A stretch of DNA of 64,000 bases from the human T2T-CHM13v2.0 reference genome, Homo sapiens. A program made the translations under genes and the position numbers. Positions 26,369 to 40,958 of this stretch are shown here, piece after piece. The stretch lies in NCBI RefSeq assembly GCF_009914755.1, contig NC_060936.1. The stretch is one strand, 5' to 3'. Numbering within the stretch: position 1 is the stretch's first letter; the number at the start of each line of letters is the position of its first letter. The notes below the pieces were generated by a model. It was not told the origin of the DNA. It was given only the letters and a program-made list of their open reading frames with translations, and did no database searches.

Positions 26369-26714
26369 TACATCAAAGATACTGAAAACACATGTGTTAT
26401 TTCATTTGAGAGGAACTGGAACATTTGGGAATTCACATTTTCAAAGCAGACTCAGCTCCTCAATCTATGTCATGGAGTGAACAGCAACTCACAGCACTGT
26501 GGGAGGATTAGTGAGATATCATGTCCAAAAGAGCTTACCTGGTTTAGTGCCTGAGAGATTATCTCTAAGTTAGCTTTATTTGAATGGGCACAAGCTCTGG
26601 CCTCAACATTGCAAGGGGCTAGTAGCTGCCCTCAAGAGGCTTATAGTTTGACAGAGACCGTTCAGACATGCCCATCTAGACAGGATGTCAGGCATTCCAG
26701 AGTCTAGTGCTTGG

Positions 26715-26960
26715 ACATGGGTAGTGTTATGACCACGGCCCCAGAGTCAAAATGCCTTGGCTGGAATCTTGGTTCCGTCATTTACTTGATCTGTGACCTT
26801 GAGCAATTTAATAATTTCTCAGCCACTTAGTTTTCTCATCAGTGGAACAAGAATAACAATATGCCCACTTCACAGAGCTGTGAAGATTCAGTAAGATAAT
26901 GAATGCCAAGGACTTAGAATTGTTCTTGGCATGTAGAAAGTGCTCAGTCAATTTCACTGC
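26715..26960 (+). mobile_element. MIR SINE
   Basis: ccagagtcaaaatgcc...tgtgaccttgagcaattta...cttagttttctcatcagtgg...ggcatgtagaaagtgctcagt. Confidence 0.85.
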
Positions 26961-27399
26961 TACTATTATTATGATAGTTATTATTAATATTCTTATTCCT
27001 CAAATGAGAGGGAGCATTAGAGTAATCTTTGCTCAAGACGGAATATTCTGCCTACAACCCTCAGTGTTAGGTTCTCAGCTTCTGAGAATGCTGTCATCTG
27101 TGGTCTCCAAAGCTTAGGACTACTGAGGACAGACCTGAGATGAGGTGTACATCTGCAAATGCTTCACAATTGGAAAGCAGATTTAGAAACTTCTAGGGAA
27201 ACTATGCTCTGTGATGAGGTCTTGAGACCCTGATAAGAATCTTGGGGTTGAAAGCCAGCATAATTATCCTTAGCCACCCAAAGCATCTATTGTCCAACTT
27301 CCCTGGGTTGAGCGAGACTTCCCAGTAAAATTGCTCATGGAAGGGGAAACTCAGTGGATAGACCTTTATTATCTCTCATTATATGAAGGGCTCTACAAC

Positions 27400-28315
<916 letters not shown>

Positions 28316-29649
28316 GGCCTTGTGTAGGCTCTGGGGACACTGAGATAATCAGTGACTAAGAGCTCCCATCCCAGGGAGCTCATCGTCTACTGGGAGAGGC
28401 AAGTTAGGTAACCAATGCAAGTCAGCCAGTGTGTAGCTGTGCCATTGCCCATGCCCACCTGAGGGAGCTGCAGTGAGGTTCTTCCTTAAAGAGCAGGGGC
28501 AGCCTGTGAGGTCAACAGGGATAGTTTGGTGACATGGGAATGGGGTTGGCCTGATTAGCAAAGTTTGTGTCGTAAGGTGAGACCCATGTAACATTTCTGG
28601 AAAAGAAGTTATTGACTGTTGACATGCTTATCAACTCCACTGGCCCAGAGGATCTCTACATCCAGCTTACATCACTTACTCACTGACTTTGGGGTTTGGG
28701 TGGGTGGATGGGGTGGCAATTAAGCCTCCTGGGAAAAATTGGGAAGCTCAGTATCTCAGTAATGGTTGAGGCAGCAGTGAGGCTGAGCAAAAGTTAATCA
28801 GTGATTGGGGACAAAAACGTATAGACATGATTATGCAAACTACCAGAGAGCTGTCCACAAACCACCCACCATTGCAGCCCTCACCTGGAAACTGTTCTCT
28901 TGGTGATTATAGCTGCCGCACAGGATCTGTGAGAGGGCATGGGCATTCTCCCCTTGCCGGCTTTTCAGAAGCTGCCTGGCTCCCTCTGAAGCAGGGGGAA
29001 TGGAACTCTTGGATGCTCTTTGGCATTATTTGCCTGCTTAGGCAGTGCAGGGTCTCCATCACCCTCATTCCCATCTTTCACCCCTCCAAGGAACTTGCCT
29101 ATTCTGCCATTGACCTCACCATCAACACTTTGATGGAGACCTAAGCTAACCGTCCTTTTCTCCTCCACTCATATGCATTTCATGGTCTATTACTGGCCCT
29201 CACATTCACTCTCTGGGTCCCTGAGGATGGGCAACTCCACCAAAATTATTCAGAGGGATGGCTGCACCTGTCAACTTGTAGAGACATGGCGTCCATGTGT
29301 CAATGGGGAACTATAAAGACCACATCTCAATGTGGCCCCCTGCCTTGGGGGCCCATGGTTTGATGCTCTAGGAAGTTTCACCACCTGACTTAATTTCACC
29401 ATGAGGCCTCTTTTAGGGGAGCTGGGCAACACCTTTCTGGCCCAAGTCCTTTATTTGTTCAAGAAAAGCTGCTCTCATCTCAAAGCACCAATATCAGCAG
29501 CCATCTTTGCCTTTTTTTTTTTTTTTGTCAGGGAGAGGGGTTCTGAATAGTTTTGGGTTTTTACATTTTGTGCTTTTTCTTTTCAAAAACACATTTTTCT
29601 GTGTGTATCTCTGTATATGACCCAGGGCAGTAGGAAAAAGAAAACTTGG

Positions 29650-30010
29650 TTCATTCAACGTATTGATATTCACTGAAAATTTATCATAAACCTGGCACTG
29701 TTGGGGTACCGGGAACTTAAGTAGAAAAAGACAAGGTCATGGTGCTTGAGAAGCCCACTGTGCAGTAGGGGAGGCAGAGTTGTAAATGACTAACCAAGTG
29801 GCAAAATGGGTGATACTACCAAAGGGGAATAAACAATTCTTCTGCAAGTAGTGACAACCAGGGAAAGGTTCCCAGAGAAGGAAATGTTTCAAGCAGGCCT
29901 TGAAAGAATGCTAGAGCTTCGCAGTTGGAGAAGAGAGAGAAGTTATTCTAGGCAACGGGAGCCACACAGACAAAAGCAAGGAGGTGTGGGAATGCATGGT
30001 GTGTTCACTG
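29650..30010 (-). mobile_element. L2 remnant
   Basis: ttcattcaac...cctggcactgttgggg...aggccttgaaagaatg...ttattctaggcaacgggag. Confidence 0.7.
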
Positions 30011-30707
30011 AGGACATAGAAGAGCCAAGGCCACCATCCAATGCCCCACCAGCTGTGTACTGCACAACTCCAGGAGAGGCGCGTAATCCAGACTGTGATA
30101 TGAATGATGCAGCCTGGAGTCATGCAACATGGCAGCCTGATAGAGGGTGCTTGGGAGAGATGGGGGAGGTGTAGTGAAGAATCTTGAGAAATTTCACTTT
30201 CATTTCATCTGTCGCCTTGGCTATCAGTGAGCAATTGCACAGAAGACATTGGCTGAGCAACCATTGAGTACTTGGGGTTTACCGTATCTCTGCCATTCTC
30301 ATGTACTGTACAAGCAGGGGCTATTGAGGGCTGTCTGGTAATAATGAGCAGTGCTGTCTAGCCAAGGTCAGCACCCTTCAGACCTGGGACACATCATTAG
30401 GCACATTTCAGTACAGGTGGATGGATTCATCGGTGGGCCTGAGCCCCCTTGGCTTCACATTGTGGATGTCTCAGAGCAGTGTGGGATGATGGTGGCAGTG
30501 TAGTTCTACTCCCTCCTTCTGGAAATCAGAAACTGAGGGCCAGAAGGAGAAAGTGACTTGCTGAAAACCAAGAGCTTGATAGTTTTTGATGTTAGGCTAG
30601 AAGTTCAGTCTCTTACCTTGTAGCTCAGTAATATTTTCACCAAACGTCACTGTCATTGAGTGCCATTTATTTATCCTTCATAGAATGAAGGGTCGTGCTG
30701 ATAACCC

Positions 30708-31057
30708 ATCAGGGTAAGCAACCTCAGCTGCTCTGATAGGCAACCTCTAGAGCTCAGTAGCCTAATACAAGAAAAGTTCATGTCTCAGTCTCATCACAAC
30801 CTAATATGAGTTGGGTGGCTCTCTCTGCAGTTACACAGGAGTGTAGGGGAGTCCATCTCATGGCAGAAAGAATGGAGAAAACACACCCACTCTTAACTGC
30901 CTCAGGCAGGGAGTGACGCACATCTTTTCTGCTCATATCCCATTGGTGAGAACAATCCCAGATCATGTCTAGATGCAGGGAGGCTGAGAAGTGCAGTTTA
31001 GCTGTGTGCCAGGAATATGAGATGGGCTCAGTGAGCGTCCAGTCAACATATGCACAG
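30708..31057 (-). mobile_element. Old MaLR LTR (MLT1J/K-like)
   Basis: ctcagtagcctaatacaagaaaagtt...gagtgacgcacatcttttctgctcatatcccattgg...ggaggctgagaagtgcagtttagctgtgtgcc. Confidence 0.75.
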
Positions 31058-32559
31058 TTATAATGTGGAAAGTCACATCATGGCCATTATCTCCAATGCT
31101 AGCAAAGCAATGGCTGTTGACTGAGTGGTTATCTGTTCTTTATCCCAGAGCTATCGCCTCCATCTCCTGTGTCTCTCCCCATGTTCTATTCCACAGGTGG
31201 AGACTGTGACCCAGAGAATTCAGTGACCTGTCCAGGGTCATGTTCAACCACACAGTTCTAGAACGTTGACCCAAGAGGTCTAGATTTCAGAAAGTACCCT
31301 TCCTCTCCTCAGGCATACCTGAAGGTATCTTCGGGTAGCAGATGCCTTCTCTCAGAGGATGTGCTCACAGCTGCACACTGCTGAACAGGTTGTTTGCAGT
31401 GGCAGATGATGGCAGGCAGTAAGGCCCCTGGGGAGGGAGAGGGAAAAGGAGAGAGCAACACACCTGTCTTCTCTCCGAGCTGTTGTTCCCCTGTCTGCCA
31501 GCCACGCTTTCCTCTTATGCTGTGATGAAACTGTTTATTTTTATTGACAGCAAGCACCGCAGCTTGGAATATTTGTCTGCGAGGAGAGAGCAGCCGGGAC
31601 TGATTCTGGAGCCTGGCTGTGCGTGGGGATGTGTGCTTGCCGGCTCATGCAGGCAGCTGCTGCTTTGGTTTCAGCTTAGCTTTCCCCATGGCATAGAGCA
31701 GAAACCAGTGTTTCTTTCCTCCTCTAGGCACCACAGATCTCATGACCTGGGGAAGGTTATTTGTGGGGAAGGCATTGATTTGGAAAGAGACATGAGTAAT
31801 CAGTTTCTCCCCCATGCTCATCTTCTGGGGTCCTTGACATAACCTGATTCCTCTAGAGCCCTTGAAGCCCCTTCTCTGGGGTCAGGCTTGGCCCTTTCTG
31901 GGTTCATACACTCTCCAGGCGCTTTCATACCACTGCTATTGCAACCCTCCCGACAGCATGTCAGGCTCATCATTTATCTCCCTTTGTCATTTCTGCAGGC
32001 ATTATGAGGGCGAGACCAGGACATGGAAGACTTGATTTGAATCCATTCCGGTTCAATCAGTTGCCTCAATCAGTTAATTCATTCCTCATAGTTACAAAGT
32101 TATGGTCTCTTCAGAAATCACTTTTCAGTTCCTGGAGTCCCCAACCAATAACCTTTAAGCCTTTTGGATTAGCAACCTTAATTCAAGCTGTTGAAGCTTC
32201 CATAGAACCAACTTTCCTTTTTTTTTTTTGTTTAGAAAAGAGATATTCAACTTTCTTGAGCTTCTTGTTGAGAGGCTCTGTTTTAATTGCTCTCATTTAC
32301 GTTATTATCTCATTTAACGATATTGTCTTATTTAAAGAGGAACTGTGAAAGACAGTTCCTGAAAAAAGAGATGTGGTCAGTTCTTGTGTGAGAGACACTT
32401 GATTAGACACTGTAAGGGTCAAAGGTGGTTTTTAAATGGCTTCGTCCCTCCAGAAGCTCAGTCTAGTGACCATGGTGGTTAATCGCCATCAGAGTGGCAG
32501 TACATCTGGGCTCCAGAATCAGCAGCATGGTCCACCAGTTCCTGAGTGAGCTCACGTTT

Positions 32560-33100
32560 TGTGTCAGGCAGTGAGTGCACAAAGCCGTTGACATACATCA
32601 CTTTGTTTATTCCCCCCTCACTCCTAGGAGATAGGTGCTGTTACCATTATACCCATTTTGGTGGTTGGGTAACCTGAGTCTCAGAGAGGTTGAGTCACCT
32701 GTCCAAGGCATCGAGCTAGTGTGTAATAGAGCTGTTTCTATTTTTGTTTTTTTGAGACAGAATCTTGCTCTGTTGCCCAGGCTGGGATGCAAGGGCGTGA
32801 TCTAGGCTCACTGCAACCTCTGGCTCCCAGGTTCAAACGATTCTCCTGCCTGCCTCCCAAGTAGCTGAGACTACAGGTGTGTGTCACCATGCCTGGCTAA
32901 TTTTTTGTATTTTTAGTGGAGATGGGGTTTCCCCATGTCGGCCAGGATGGTCTCAACCTCCTGACCTCATGATCCACCCGCCTTGGCCTCCCACAGTGCT
33001 GGCATTACAGGCATGAGCCACTGAGCCTGGCTGGTATAGAGCTGGTATTTAACCCACCTCTGGCTGATTCCAGCACCATGATACTGACTCCATCATATAC
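32560..33100 (-). mobile_element. MIR split by an Alu insertion
   Basis: acccattttg...ctgagtctcagagaggttgagtcacctgtccaagg...[Alu]...gagctggtatttaaccca. Confidence 0.75.
32741..33032 (-). mobile_element. AluS (Sc/Sg-like)
   Basis: Full antisense Alu; atagagctg repeated on both flanks. Confidence 0.93.
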
Positions 33101-34293
33101 CATGCAAATAGAAGCCAGAACCACAAAAGGGCTCCACCAGGCTTACAAATCAAGTGCCCAGGGGAGGGGAAAGCTTACTTAATTCTCACAGGAGAGCCTG
33201 GGAAGGTGGCCTCAATGAGTTTGAATTTGAGCTGGTCCTTAAAACATTGGCAGGGCTCCCAAAGGCAGATTTAACAGGGAGCCACTCCAGAGAACATCAA
33301 GTCAGGAAGCTGGAAGTTCTGCCTGAAGCAGGGCTGTGAGAAGCCCACCTGAACGGTGGAAGGAGCGGATTCGTGTTTTTCCTCACTTGTCCTTCCAGCT
33401 GTCTCAAGTGGGAGTATTCGAAAGATATTTACATTATTGTAAAGAGCTGGGTTATTCCCACCCATTTTGTAGATGGGGATCATTAAGCTCTGTTGAGAAT
33501 AACTGAGGCTCAGAGCACAGGGCCTACAGGAGTGCTTTGCTACCTGTCCTTGGGGAACGCTGCCTGCCGAAAGCTGGAAACCCCTGAGCAGCCTGTGGCC
33601 CACTCAACTCCAGGGTGGGAGGAGGAGGCAGGCATCCAGGAACGGGCCACAGAGCCTTCTCCTGCCTGCCTGGCAGCCATCCACCTTCCATCCTTCCCTG
33701 AGCTCTTGGCTTCCCCAGACAACAAAATGGAGCCTGTGTTTTGTAATCTCCGGCACAGCTTGAGCCATTGTTCCTGGAGATTTCCAGGCCTCTTCTTTGG
33801 AGGCAGAGGCTATGGGTCCAAAGGTGAAGAGGCAAGGACCTCAGGCCCCTCCACTAGCTGACTTTCATTTCTTGCCTGCTCTGTCTCCAGCTGTGTATCC
33901 AGTGACTGGTACACATTGCTGCCCCTACGATTAAGGACCTCAGGTTTCTTCTCCGAAAACAACCAGAAATGAGCCATAAAACAGCCAGTGACTCACTGTC
34001 ATTAAGCAAATGAAGTGTAATTGAAATAGTGACGTGCTGAGGTTACAGCAAGCATAATCCAGCCATGATTACAATAGGAGAGATGGAGGGCTGGCAAGAG
34101 AAAGGTCTTCCTGGCTGCCGGGATCGAGAGACTGTTTGAACAGGGGTAAGGGTGGTGAAGGTAACCTCTTCCGTGGACATTTACCATTAGGACAGACAGG
34201 TCGGGTGACCAGAGGAGGGGCAGGAAATCCTGAAGAGGCTATTCACCGCCATCAGGGGCCTTGGGGAGAGTGCTCTCCACTTGTAGGGGAACA

Positions 34294-34447
34294 CGGTGCT
34301 TCTCAGGTGTGACTGCACCAAATCACTTGGGGGTCTTGTTAAAAGGCAGACTAATTCCAATGGTCTGGGTGGGGCCCGAGGTTGTGTATTTCTAGCCAGC
34401 TCTCGGGAAGCCGCTGCTGCGGTGAAGCTCACACATGGAGAGCAAGG
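34294..34447. mobile_element. MER5A1-like MITE
   Basis: tgcttctca...aatcacttgggggtcttgttaaaaggcaga...ggtctgggtggggcccgag...gtatttctagccagctc. Confidence 0.85.
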
Positions 34448-35464
34448 GGTTCTCTTGGCTGTCACACTTGAGACAGTCGGGTTCTCTCCAAAGCAAGTAG
34501 GTTTAAGACTCAGGTATGACTTTTCAAAATTGAATTTCTTCAAAAAGAAAAATCTTAAGGCATCCATCTGGGAGTGGAAGAGGTGAAGACCAGGCATGGA
34601 AGAAGAGTGTATTTTGCTTGTGCCAGGGGAGTTGAGTGCGACTTGAGGGCTAGGTTCAGCAGATGAGCCCAGGACCCAATCCCCAGCTGACCCCACCATG
34701 CCGGGGGCCAGACACCACCTGCTTCATGGAGTCAGGTCAGCCTCACTCCCCAGGGGCATGGCCTCACTGGGAAGGTGGGGCACATCATTCTAGCCTTACC
34801 CCCTAGGGCCCACCTTCCAGCCGCATTTATTAAGGCCAACAGGGTCTGAGGAGAGCAAGATATTCTGAATTCATGAGAAAGCAGATTACAGAGCTTCTTA
34901 AGCACTATCTTTGGGAAGCATCTGAAAGGCGCGATCTGGAGTTCCTTGGGGTCTGTGCTCATCATGAGGTCATTCTCACCCGCAGCCTGCATGACAGGTG
35001 CTTCAGGGAGGTGGATGCTGCTCAGGAGCTTTAACAAGTGGTTCCTTGGGGGCAAAGGAGCAGCAGAACTCACCGATTTGCCACCTTGTTGATTTATACC
35101 ACTCATCAGCTCAGCCAGTCCTCCGCTCAGCTGAGGAAAAAGGAACACTTTAGTGCAGGTTGGCTTATTTGTCATAAATTCAAAATCACAAAGACCCAAA
35201 CTGCAAAACACCTAGGAAATGGGAAGGGCCCATACCAATGATTTCCATTCCATTTCTCCAGCCTCGGAGCAGGGACTGGTGGAGGGTTATCCCAGAGAGA
35301 TAGGCTGAGAGGCTGGCAGTGGTCAGTGACATGGCTCCTTGAACCCCCTTCCAGTCCAGAGGCCTCTCTTGGCCACCTGGCCCACCAAAGTAGTCCAGCC
35401 TCCTCGAGCTGCCCCTTTCTGCCTCTGCCTATCAGCAGCCCCACTCTACAACCGTTCCCCTAGT

Positions 35465-35668
35465 CCATGGTTCTCAACCTGGTGTGATTTTGTCCCTAGA
35501 GCACATTTGGCAATGTCTGAAGACATTTTGTCACAGCTGGGGCAGGTGCTACTGGCATCTGTGGGTAGAGGCCAGGAATGCTGCTAAATCTCCTACAATG
35601 CACAGGGCAGCCCCCACAAGCAAGAATTATCCAGCTGAAAATGTTAATCATGCTGAGATTCAGAAATG
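35465..35668 (+). mobile_element. MER20 hAT-Charlie MITE
   Basis: tggttctcaacc...cacatttggcaatgtctgaagacatttt...tgctactggcatct...gaggccaggaatgctgctaaa...aagaattatccag. Confidence 0.92.
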
Positions 35669-36009
35669 TAGACAAGTGCCCAGAGGTCTGGGAGGGACTT
35701 GGGAGAGCCAGAAACACAGGTAACCAGGTTAAGACTTTACCAGAATACATGCCTTAGAGCAAAGTATTAGGGCTTAAATTTCTCCCCTTAAAAAGAGGAC
35801 CCCCTATAACTTGCTGTTTGTTTCACCTACCTGCAGCTTTTTCATCTGCCTGTGATGCTGTCGTCAAGTCTTTTTCCCCCCGGCATCAAGGTGGTTTTAG
35901 TAAGTGGTTGTGATACAGCAGATGAAGGAGAGAAAAAGCCAGGGTCTTCTTCATTTTCATTCCCTACTGGACATCTTTGACATCACCCCAGGGTTAGAGT
36001 CAGGCAGGA

Positions 36010-36178
36010 GAAAGGGTACAGGTTGTGGAATCAGAAGATCCTGGGTTTTGGCTATGCGACCTTTGGAAGTGAGCTAATCCCTCTGTCCTCAGTTTTCCCA
36101 CTTGGAAGACGCATGTAACCATGCCTTTAACCATACAAGGATTAGAACATAGTGGGTATTCAGAAAATATTAACCAGC
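36010..36178 (+). mobile_element. MIR fragment
   Basis: tggaatcagaagatcctgggtt...ctctgtcctcagttttccca. Confidence 0.75.
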
Positions 36179-36664
36179 ACCCAAAATTTTTATGAAATGC
36201 TTTTTTTTTCCACCTAACACTGGATGACCAGGAAGAGAAATCAAGTCCCAGAAGTCTAGTAGTAAGCACACTGAAGACAGCAACCACCACTGGCACATAT
36301 TCAAGATTCATGCTAAACAAAACCAGTTAAATCTTGACTATGTGCAAGTCAATTATCTGCTCATCTATCTGCATGCTAAGTCTTGGTTTTGCCAAACTTC
36401 AGGGCTGAGCCAGAGAGTGTTGGAGATGTGGGTAGCCGTACAAATTAGGGAGTAGTGCAAGTGTGAGTGTGCCTCTATAGCTCACTATGGGTGCCAGGAT
36501 GGACATGCATATCTGTGGCTGGGTGTGCAAGACAGTGTGTAGCCAAATTAATTTGATTCCTAGACCACATGTAAATGCATTAATGATTAGTCTTGTGTTA
36601 AGTGTTTTGTTCTTCTCAGCCTCCATTAGAAGTAGACATGCTAACATTACATAAATACTATGCT

Positions 36665-36930
36665 TTTTTTCATTTATTTTTACTTATCTACTGCCTCTTT
36701 CCCCAAAAAAGGACCTGAGATAGTTCACAACTAAGGATATAGGTGATACGTAAGTGAAGTTATAGGTATAAGTGTAACTATGGTATAATATGCTTAATAT
36801 AGAAATATATTTGTATATCAAGATTAAAAGTTATGTTAATGCTGTAGGCGTATCTTGTCACTATAATTGATCATCATGTTTATCTCTGAGCTTCTTGCCA
36901 GCCAAGGTAAAACAGGGAAAGGGAATAAAA
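36665..36930 (-). mobile_element. L4 (RTE-X) ancient LINE remnant
   Basis: ctgcctctttccccaaaaaaggacctgagatagttcacaa and ctctgagcttcttgccagccaaggtaaaacagggaaa resemble recalled L4 3' motifs. Confidence 0.5.
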
Positions 36931-38040
36931 TTATATAACACAAATTTTTATGTGTGGCCCTGAAGAACAAAGTGGATAATGTCAACTACAATCTTACAAC
37001 AGATGCAGAAGTGGATTTCACAACAAATCTTGATGAAAGCTGAGTGCATAGCATCAAACTGCAATTTAGTGATGATGGCTCCACAAAGCTCCTGAGAGGC
37101 CAGTGCTTTCAGCATTTAGTTTGATATGGGATGAACTTTGAATGCCCAAAGGAGTAGATGCATCACCATTCCTTATGCTTTCTTCCCTAAATATAATATT
37201 TCTGGCTGGGCTTTTTTTTTAAACCAGGAATTGTTTACAGATAATAAGGTGATACTTCCTTGCAGAGACCTGAGTGCTGGACTTCTAGATCATAAGCAGA
37301 TAGAAAACTTATATAGAAATTCCCATCTGTGTTCCTGGCATAAAGTAGGCACTCTGTGTACATCTTTCTGTTATTTGTTCATTTTTTCCATTTGTTCATT
37401 CATCCACCCATCTGTCTGTCTGACCCTCCCCTAATTTTGGAAAACAGAGCCAAAGGACATAGTAGTTGCCAGGTAACTTTTTGAGATGAGCTTCAGTGGC
37501 TGTGACATGGGGGCTTCCATTCTCCAACCCCCATACATGACTGGGTCCTCACTTGGAGTAGTAAATGCTCATGGGACAAAGCTGAGATGAACAGGCCTGG
37601 TTGTTTAGCAGAGAAACTGTTGTTGTTACATGGACGGGCGACGCTGTAGGAAAGCAATCTGCAAGGCCATCCCGAGAGTGTTTAATTAATTAAATGGGTT
37701 CACCAGCTGAGAGCCATGCTGCAAAATAAAAGGCCTGTGGTGTCCCTTTCCTGAAAGGAAAACAACCCATCCCTCATTCCATTCTTAGTTATGTATTTAT
37801 AATTGCAGCCATGCCTGTTTGCGCAACCAATGATATAGGTATAAGTCAATTTATGTGTGTTTTTAGCACCACGCTATTCAGTTGCCAAGAAACACACTAC
37901 TTGCTTCATGGTTTACCTAATCCACCCTGTTAGTCCTTTGCAATGTGATCCATTTCTTTGTCCTTGGTTAAAGCAATCACGTGACCAGATTATGCCTGAG
38001 ATTCTGCTCTTATCATCACCACCCTTCATCTCCTGTGTGG

Positions 38041-38280
38041 GTGCACACAGTCACAGGCACACATACATTCACATGCACACAAATCCGTGCACACACATCC
38101 ACTCACATACACGCATTCACATGCATACAGACTCATTCACATGCATATACATCCACGCACACACACTCACATGCACACACTCATTCACATGCATACTTGC
38201 TCACATACACACATATTCATGCACGTACAGTTGCTCACATGTGTACAAATCATGTGCACACACTCATGTGCATATACATT
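38041..38280. repeat. Degenerate CA-rich simple repeat (cacacatacattcacatg-like)
   Basis: About 240 bp of alternating CA/TA/TG; produces the spurious His/Thr ORFs. Confidence 0.9.
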
Positions 38281-38639
38281 TGAGAGCCCAAAACTTCGGA
38301 AAGAAAGAAAAGATAGAAAGATAGAACACAGCTTTAAGCAGGTACAAGCAGCCTCTAACCCTCTGAAATTCCCCTTGTGACAACCCACATAGCTGTCACA
38401 TCTCATGGAGCTACATTTGAATTCTTCAGTTGCTGTGCTATTCTGACTAATGCACTTTCCTGAATGTCTGAAAGTTAACCAGAACATCCCCCCTCTTTTT
38501 TTTTTTTCTGTTGCACCATGCTACTAAAAATCTTCCTACAGGCATTAGCCCTTTTTCCAACCTTGGCAAATATCATAAGTAAACGAGCCTGTCTTTGAAT
38601 GATAAAGGCTCATTGTAGTTGAGAATAGAGGCTCATTAA

Positions 38640-38875
38640 GGCGTAAATGACATGGATTTTGGAATGAGACAATCTGGTGTCTCATTTCGGCTTTGAATGG
38701 CACTTACAGGCCATGTGATTTCTGACACCTGGCTTAACTTTTATTAACCTTGGTTTTATTTACTAGCCTGCAGAAATGGAGATGACTATATTTACCTTGT
38801 AGAGCTATTATGGAAGCCATAAGCATTGTAGGAAAAGATCTGGAGCTTAGTGGTATCCTGTATAGGGCAGATGTG
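38640..38875 (+). mobile_element. MIR SINE
   Basis: catggattttggaatgagaca...ccatgtgat...ctgcagaaatggagatga...ttagtggtatcctg. Confidence 0.6.
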
Positions 38876-39518
38876 TTGTTTTGGCTTCTATTATTGCAGA
38901 GAGTGCCAGAGTAACATATAATGATAAAAGATGCAGGAAATGGAAATTGAGTCAAATGTAGAATCTCCTCAGGGCAGTCTTTTTTGAAAACTGAATTCTG
39001 ATGCCACAGCTGATATCTTCCTTTTTAATAAAGTGGAGTCTAATGAGAACAATCCACATCTGATGTAGCTACACAAAGTTTCTCCATGGAGAATTGGCAT
39101 CAGTGGTATATGTAGGTCTATGGGGCCAGCATAGGGTGAGGGATCCCTTTGGCTGTCCCCAGGCTCTGCTGGACCATGGAAGGAATGCAGGAGTAGAAAC
39201 GTTGGGGACTTTCGCCCCAGCCACACAGGAGAGCAAGAGGGGAGGCAGAATCAGACTCCCAAGATCTTGCAGTTGGCTGCCTGGTCCTCGAGCCACATGG
39301 GGTCCATTCTGCACTCAATACAGTAGGGGTTGGTTATTCCTGGCAGAATTCCCTATTATTAAATAAAGAGAAACTTAAGGAAGCAAATAAAAAATGTTTC
39401 TTGTGCATCTTAGGCTTCTTGTGGCTTTTAAGGCAAAGAACATTTTGAGGAATTGTTAGCAAATCATAAACATATGGGTTGCAGTACTTGGCCTCAAAGA
39501 TAGCTAGATGCAAACGTA

Positions 39519-39784
<266 letters not shown>

Positions 39785-40599
39785 TTACCCTCAGGCAGGT
39801 ACATCTCTTTTTTTCTGGTTAACTTTCAGACGCATCGTAGGAGAGGAATATCGAGATGAGGGTGGCAAAGTCTTTGCAATAGGAGGGACGGTGGCTCCTG
39901 AGAACTGTAGACCTACCACATTTCTAAGAGCAGGATGGTATCCGAGTGGCTTTGTATTTGCCAAGGCACAATGTACAACCGAAACCTCAAAGAGTCGACT
40001 TTATAGAAAAAAACCGAGGCTGCTGAAATTCCTTTCCTTCCTTTTCTCTTATTCAGAGCATCCTAAAAGCAGGCTCTGGCATTTTCCTAATATAACAAGT
40101 TATATTAGGGACAAAACATAGAAGACAGAGAACTAAGAAATCCCCAGCTCCCAGTCTCCCTGGTCTGTTCTGCTTTTACCATTGGATTTTTAATTATTAA
40201 TTAATCATGAATTAGTAAATAACAAACAATGAATGATAGGAAAGCATTGCACTGTCTTCCACTGCATCTAGAAACACTAAATGGCAATCCTCATAATAGA
40301 CTCTCAATAAATATAATTAAATGCCTACTACATGCCAAGTGCTCTGCTGGGCACATTGGAGATCACAGAGAAGCACTGTGTCCCCAGCTTCTCTAGGGGA
40401 CCCCAGAGTCTGTTGGGGAATGCCAAGAGGCATCGTGAAAAAATTCACTGTTCTTATCAGGCAGTAACTGCCAGTGCCCGGTGATCAGCTGGCCAAGCTC
40501 CTGGAGACTATAGACCAGGAGTTAGCTGGGAACCTGTTTTCTCCTTGTGTGTTTCATGACATTAATTTCAGTAGGAGAAATCCCAACTGGATGTGCTAG

Positions 40600-40958
<359 letters not shown>

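Noticed and set aside
37857-38380. His/Thr-rich ORFs
   Set aside because: Translation artefacts of the CA-rich simple repeat.
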